DNA of 64,000 nucleotides from Microthyrium microscopicum (Eukaryota): NCBI GenBank assembly GCA_010405405.1, contig MU004234.1, positions 602,993 to 666,992 of the forward strand, read 5' to 3'. Shown piece by piece: positions 61,623 to 64,000 of this stretch (position 1 is its first letter; each line of letters starts with the position of its first letter). The notes under the pieces were generated by a model. It saw only the letters and a program-made list of their open reading frames with translations, ran no database searches and was not told where the DNA came from. The position numbers and the translations under genes were made by a program.

Positions 61623-61885
61623 TTGAAGTATCACTTTCTGAGTATTGAAAGAGTAACAACGGCATGGCGAAATAAATGGCGTATATCCATCAACTCTGAT
61701 GGCGTTCAGACGCTACGCTATATTATCGAGTGCTTTATTTGTCATAAAGGGCTTTCGGACTGAAGAACACTTATTAGATACGGTGGGAATTGAAGCACCT
61801 TTTATTCAGCAGCGCTGGTGGTAGCCATTAGAGCTGATGGGAGTACGCCATTTTATTTGCCATGCCTCAGAAAGTGATACTTCAA
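61623..61885. mobile_element. 263-bp foldback / MITE-like element upstream of the permease gene
   Basis: Perfect 20-bp terminal inverted repeat ttgaagtatcactttctgag, extended inward by about 40 bp of imperfect pairing (gcatggc..aaataaa.tggcgta..ccatca.ctct.atggc). Left arm has a ~19-nt insertion. No clear target-site duplication. Confidence 0.65.
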
Positions 61886-62093
61886 CCAAAATGCGACCAG
61901 TGCTGCTCCTGCCCTGTTAAGTGCACCACCTTCCCGCCTTGGGGGGTAAGACCTTCGTTGCTCTTTCCCAACTACAATCCTACTCTCTCCAACTACATAT
62001 TCTCCCCTTTGTGACTGAAGCTTCTTCCGTCTGCCCCTCAACTTCTATCTCCTCTCAACTCCTGGCAATTTGCTGTCACATTAACACGATCAA

Positions 62094-64000
62094 ATGGCTG
62101 GCGGTGAGCTAGAAAAGGGCCCTTTTGTGGCATCGGCATCTGGCAACATGTCTCCAGATTCCGAAGAGGCTCGCAAGAAAGGTGTCGGTGTCGGAGAAGC
62201 TGCTGACCTGTACGGCTCTATCGAACAAGCACAGGAATTTGGCTACGTCGAGCGAGGGTAAGTTATCCAAGAGCAGTGGTATACTCCCATCAAATGCAGT
62301 GTCTCCCATCAACTGCAGTGTCTCCCATCAATTGCAGTGTCTCTCATCATTCTCCGCGCTCTCCTCTATCTACTAGTGGTTTGGCTGCCATGAAGATGTT
62401 CAAATTGTAGTTCTTGATTGAATGCAATGGGAGATATAGCAATCTCTAGTTGAAAAGAGTGATGGAAGCCAGCAGGTACCTTGATGGGAGTTTGCCGCCT
62501 GGCCCTTCGACAGCTGCCTAATATGTTGAACCAATGCTAACTTATATAGACTGAAATCTCGACATATTCAATTCATCGCTTTGGGTGGTACCATTGGCAC
62601 AGGTCTTTTCCTTGGAATCGGTGGCGCATTCGCCAAAGCAGGCCCTCTCGCAGTACTCCTTGGTTATACCTTCACCGGATGCGCAGTCTACGCCATGATG
62701 CAATGTCTTGGTGAAATGGCTACCTGGATGCCTCTTCCTGGTGCTATTCCTCAATACTGCTCTCGCTACGTGGACCCCGCTCTTGGTTTTGCTGTTGGCT
62801 GGAATTACTGGTACTCATGTGCAATCACGCTCTGCGCTGAAATATCCGCCGCCTCAGTTGTCATAGGCTACTGGAAAGAAGATCAAAAAGCCCTCGTCGC
62901 CGCCTGGATTACAATTATCATCCTGCTAATTATCGCCCTCAATATCTTTGCGGTACGGATATATGGTGAAGCGGAATTCATCTTCGCCTCGATCAAAATC
63001 ATTACCATCGTCGGCTTACTTCTCATGGCTTTTATATTGGATCTTGGTGGCGGACCCAACCATCAGCGTCTCGGATTTCACTACTGGAAGGACCCTGGCC
63101 CGATCAAGCAATACCCTAAGGACGTTGCAGGTAAGATTTTCTAGTTGTCGAACCACGAAGATACTAAGCTCATCGTGTTTCCCGTCAATATCATCATCTA
63201 TGTCTGCCATATGATGCGTTGCCGATCAGATGTCATGAGTCCCATCATACTCGATGGCTTCACAGTGTGCTGTGGTAGTTCATTCTGTATGATGGGAATT
63301 TCATTGGAGAACTTGTTGACTTTGATCATATCTGTTCGTAATGTTATGCTGACAACTTATAGGGCCCACGGGACGCTTCTTAGCAGTATTTTCTACTCTT
63401 GTTCAGGTAAGACTTTCTAGTGTTCAACCCTTTTCTTCATAGTTTTCAAAATACCGCTACTAGTGGTGACTGCCATTGCACGCGATGCCTCCCATTAATG
63501 CGATGGCTTCCATAACGTTTGTTACGATTTCACTACAGATGATCAAAGGGTCTCCCGGAAGCGTTGTGTCGCAGTTTATGATCTCATACTAACCAAATTC
63601 AGGCTGCTTTCTCATATGGAGGTGTAGAAATGGTCGCCATTGCTGCTGGCGAAGCCGAAAACCCGCTCAAGAATATTCCCAAGGCCGTTCGCCGCGTCTT
63701 TTGGCGTATCCTTTTCTTTTACGTGCTTGGATCTTTGGCTGTCGGAGTTCTCGTTTCATCCAACGATCCAGACCTTCTCAGTGATAGACCAGGCGCATAT
63801 GCCTCTCCATGGGTCATTGCGATCAAACGTGCCGGCATTCGAGGTCTCGATCACGTAATCAACGCCGTTATCCTCACGTCAGCAACTTCCTCCGCCAACG
63901 CGTTCTTATACACTGGATCCCGATATCTCTTTGGTGTTGCCCAAAATGGACATGCACCCAAGGTCTTTCTCACGTGCACCAAAGCTGGTATTCCTATTTG
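62094..64000 (+). CDS. Yeast-type amino acid permease (YAT family; proline-permease-like), 3'-truncated by window edge
   Basis: EAADLYG..GYVERG|LKSRHIQFIALGGTIGTGLFLGIG, LGEMATWMP, GFAVGWNYWY, YGEAEFIFASIK, AAFSYGGVEMVAIAAGEAENP. Introns 62258-62549, 63131-63362, 63407-63602. Confidence 0.93.
62284..62349 (+). repeat. 19-nt tandem repeat (ctcccatcaaNtgcagtgt) x3.5 in permease intron 1
   Basis: Units start at 62284, 62303, 62322, with a partial unit at 62341. Confidence 0.85.

Overview
Gene-dense stretch of a filamentous ascomycete genome (Pezizomycotina; probably a Dothideomycete, by inference), with short ~50-nt GT-AG introns and CTAAC/CTGAC branch sites. In order it holds: the 3' part of MED13; a GRDP/DUF1399 gene; a tiny GPI protein; a secreted GH114; a conserved hypothetical protein; a Kre9-like GPI protein; hydroxyacid-oxoacid transhydrogenase head-to-head with RAD4; a DUF952 gene (GC-AG intron, missing from the ORF track); a small membrane protein; an APC permease; a chromate-transporter pseudogene with four lesions; a hypothetical protein; an intracellular GH13; UVRAG/VPS38; three tandem small secreted C-CC-C-CC proteins (the third frameshifted) that share an upstream element; a dispersed, divergent 5S rRNA gene; gamma-glutamyltranspeptidase; a metallophosphoesterase; a small secreted protein; a CBM18-CE4 deacetylase; a RIP-like inverted-repeat relic; the RNA-metabolism block ELP2<->URM1, IMP4<->UPF1; a foldback element; and the 5' part of an amino-acid permease with unusually long, mutually related introns. 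The strongest leads are the tandem effector-like family with its shared promoter module, the ELP2-URM1 divergent pair (both tRNA wobble-U34 genes), XPA-like GGGF motifs in the Rad4 tail, an intron plus uORF in the UPF1 leader, and a CCATC-N-GATGG repeat family in the permease promoter and introns. All gene models were read by eye and no database searches were run.
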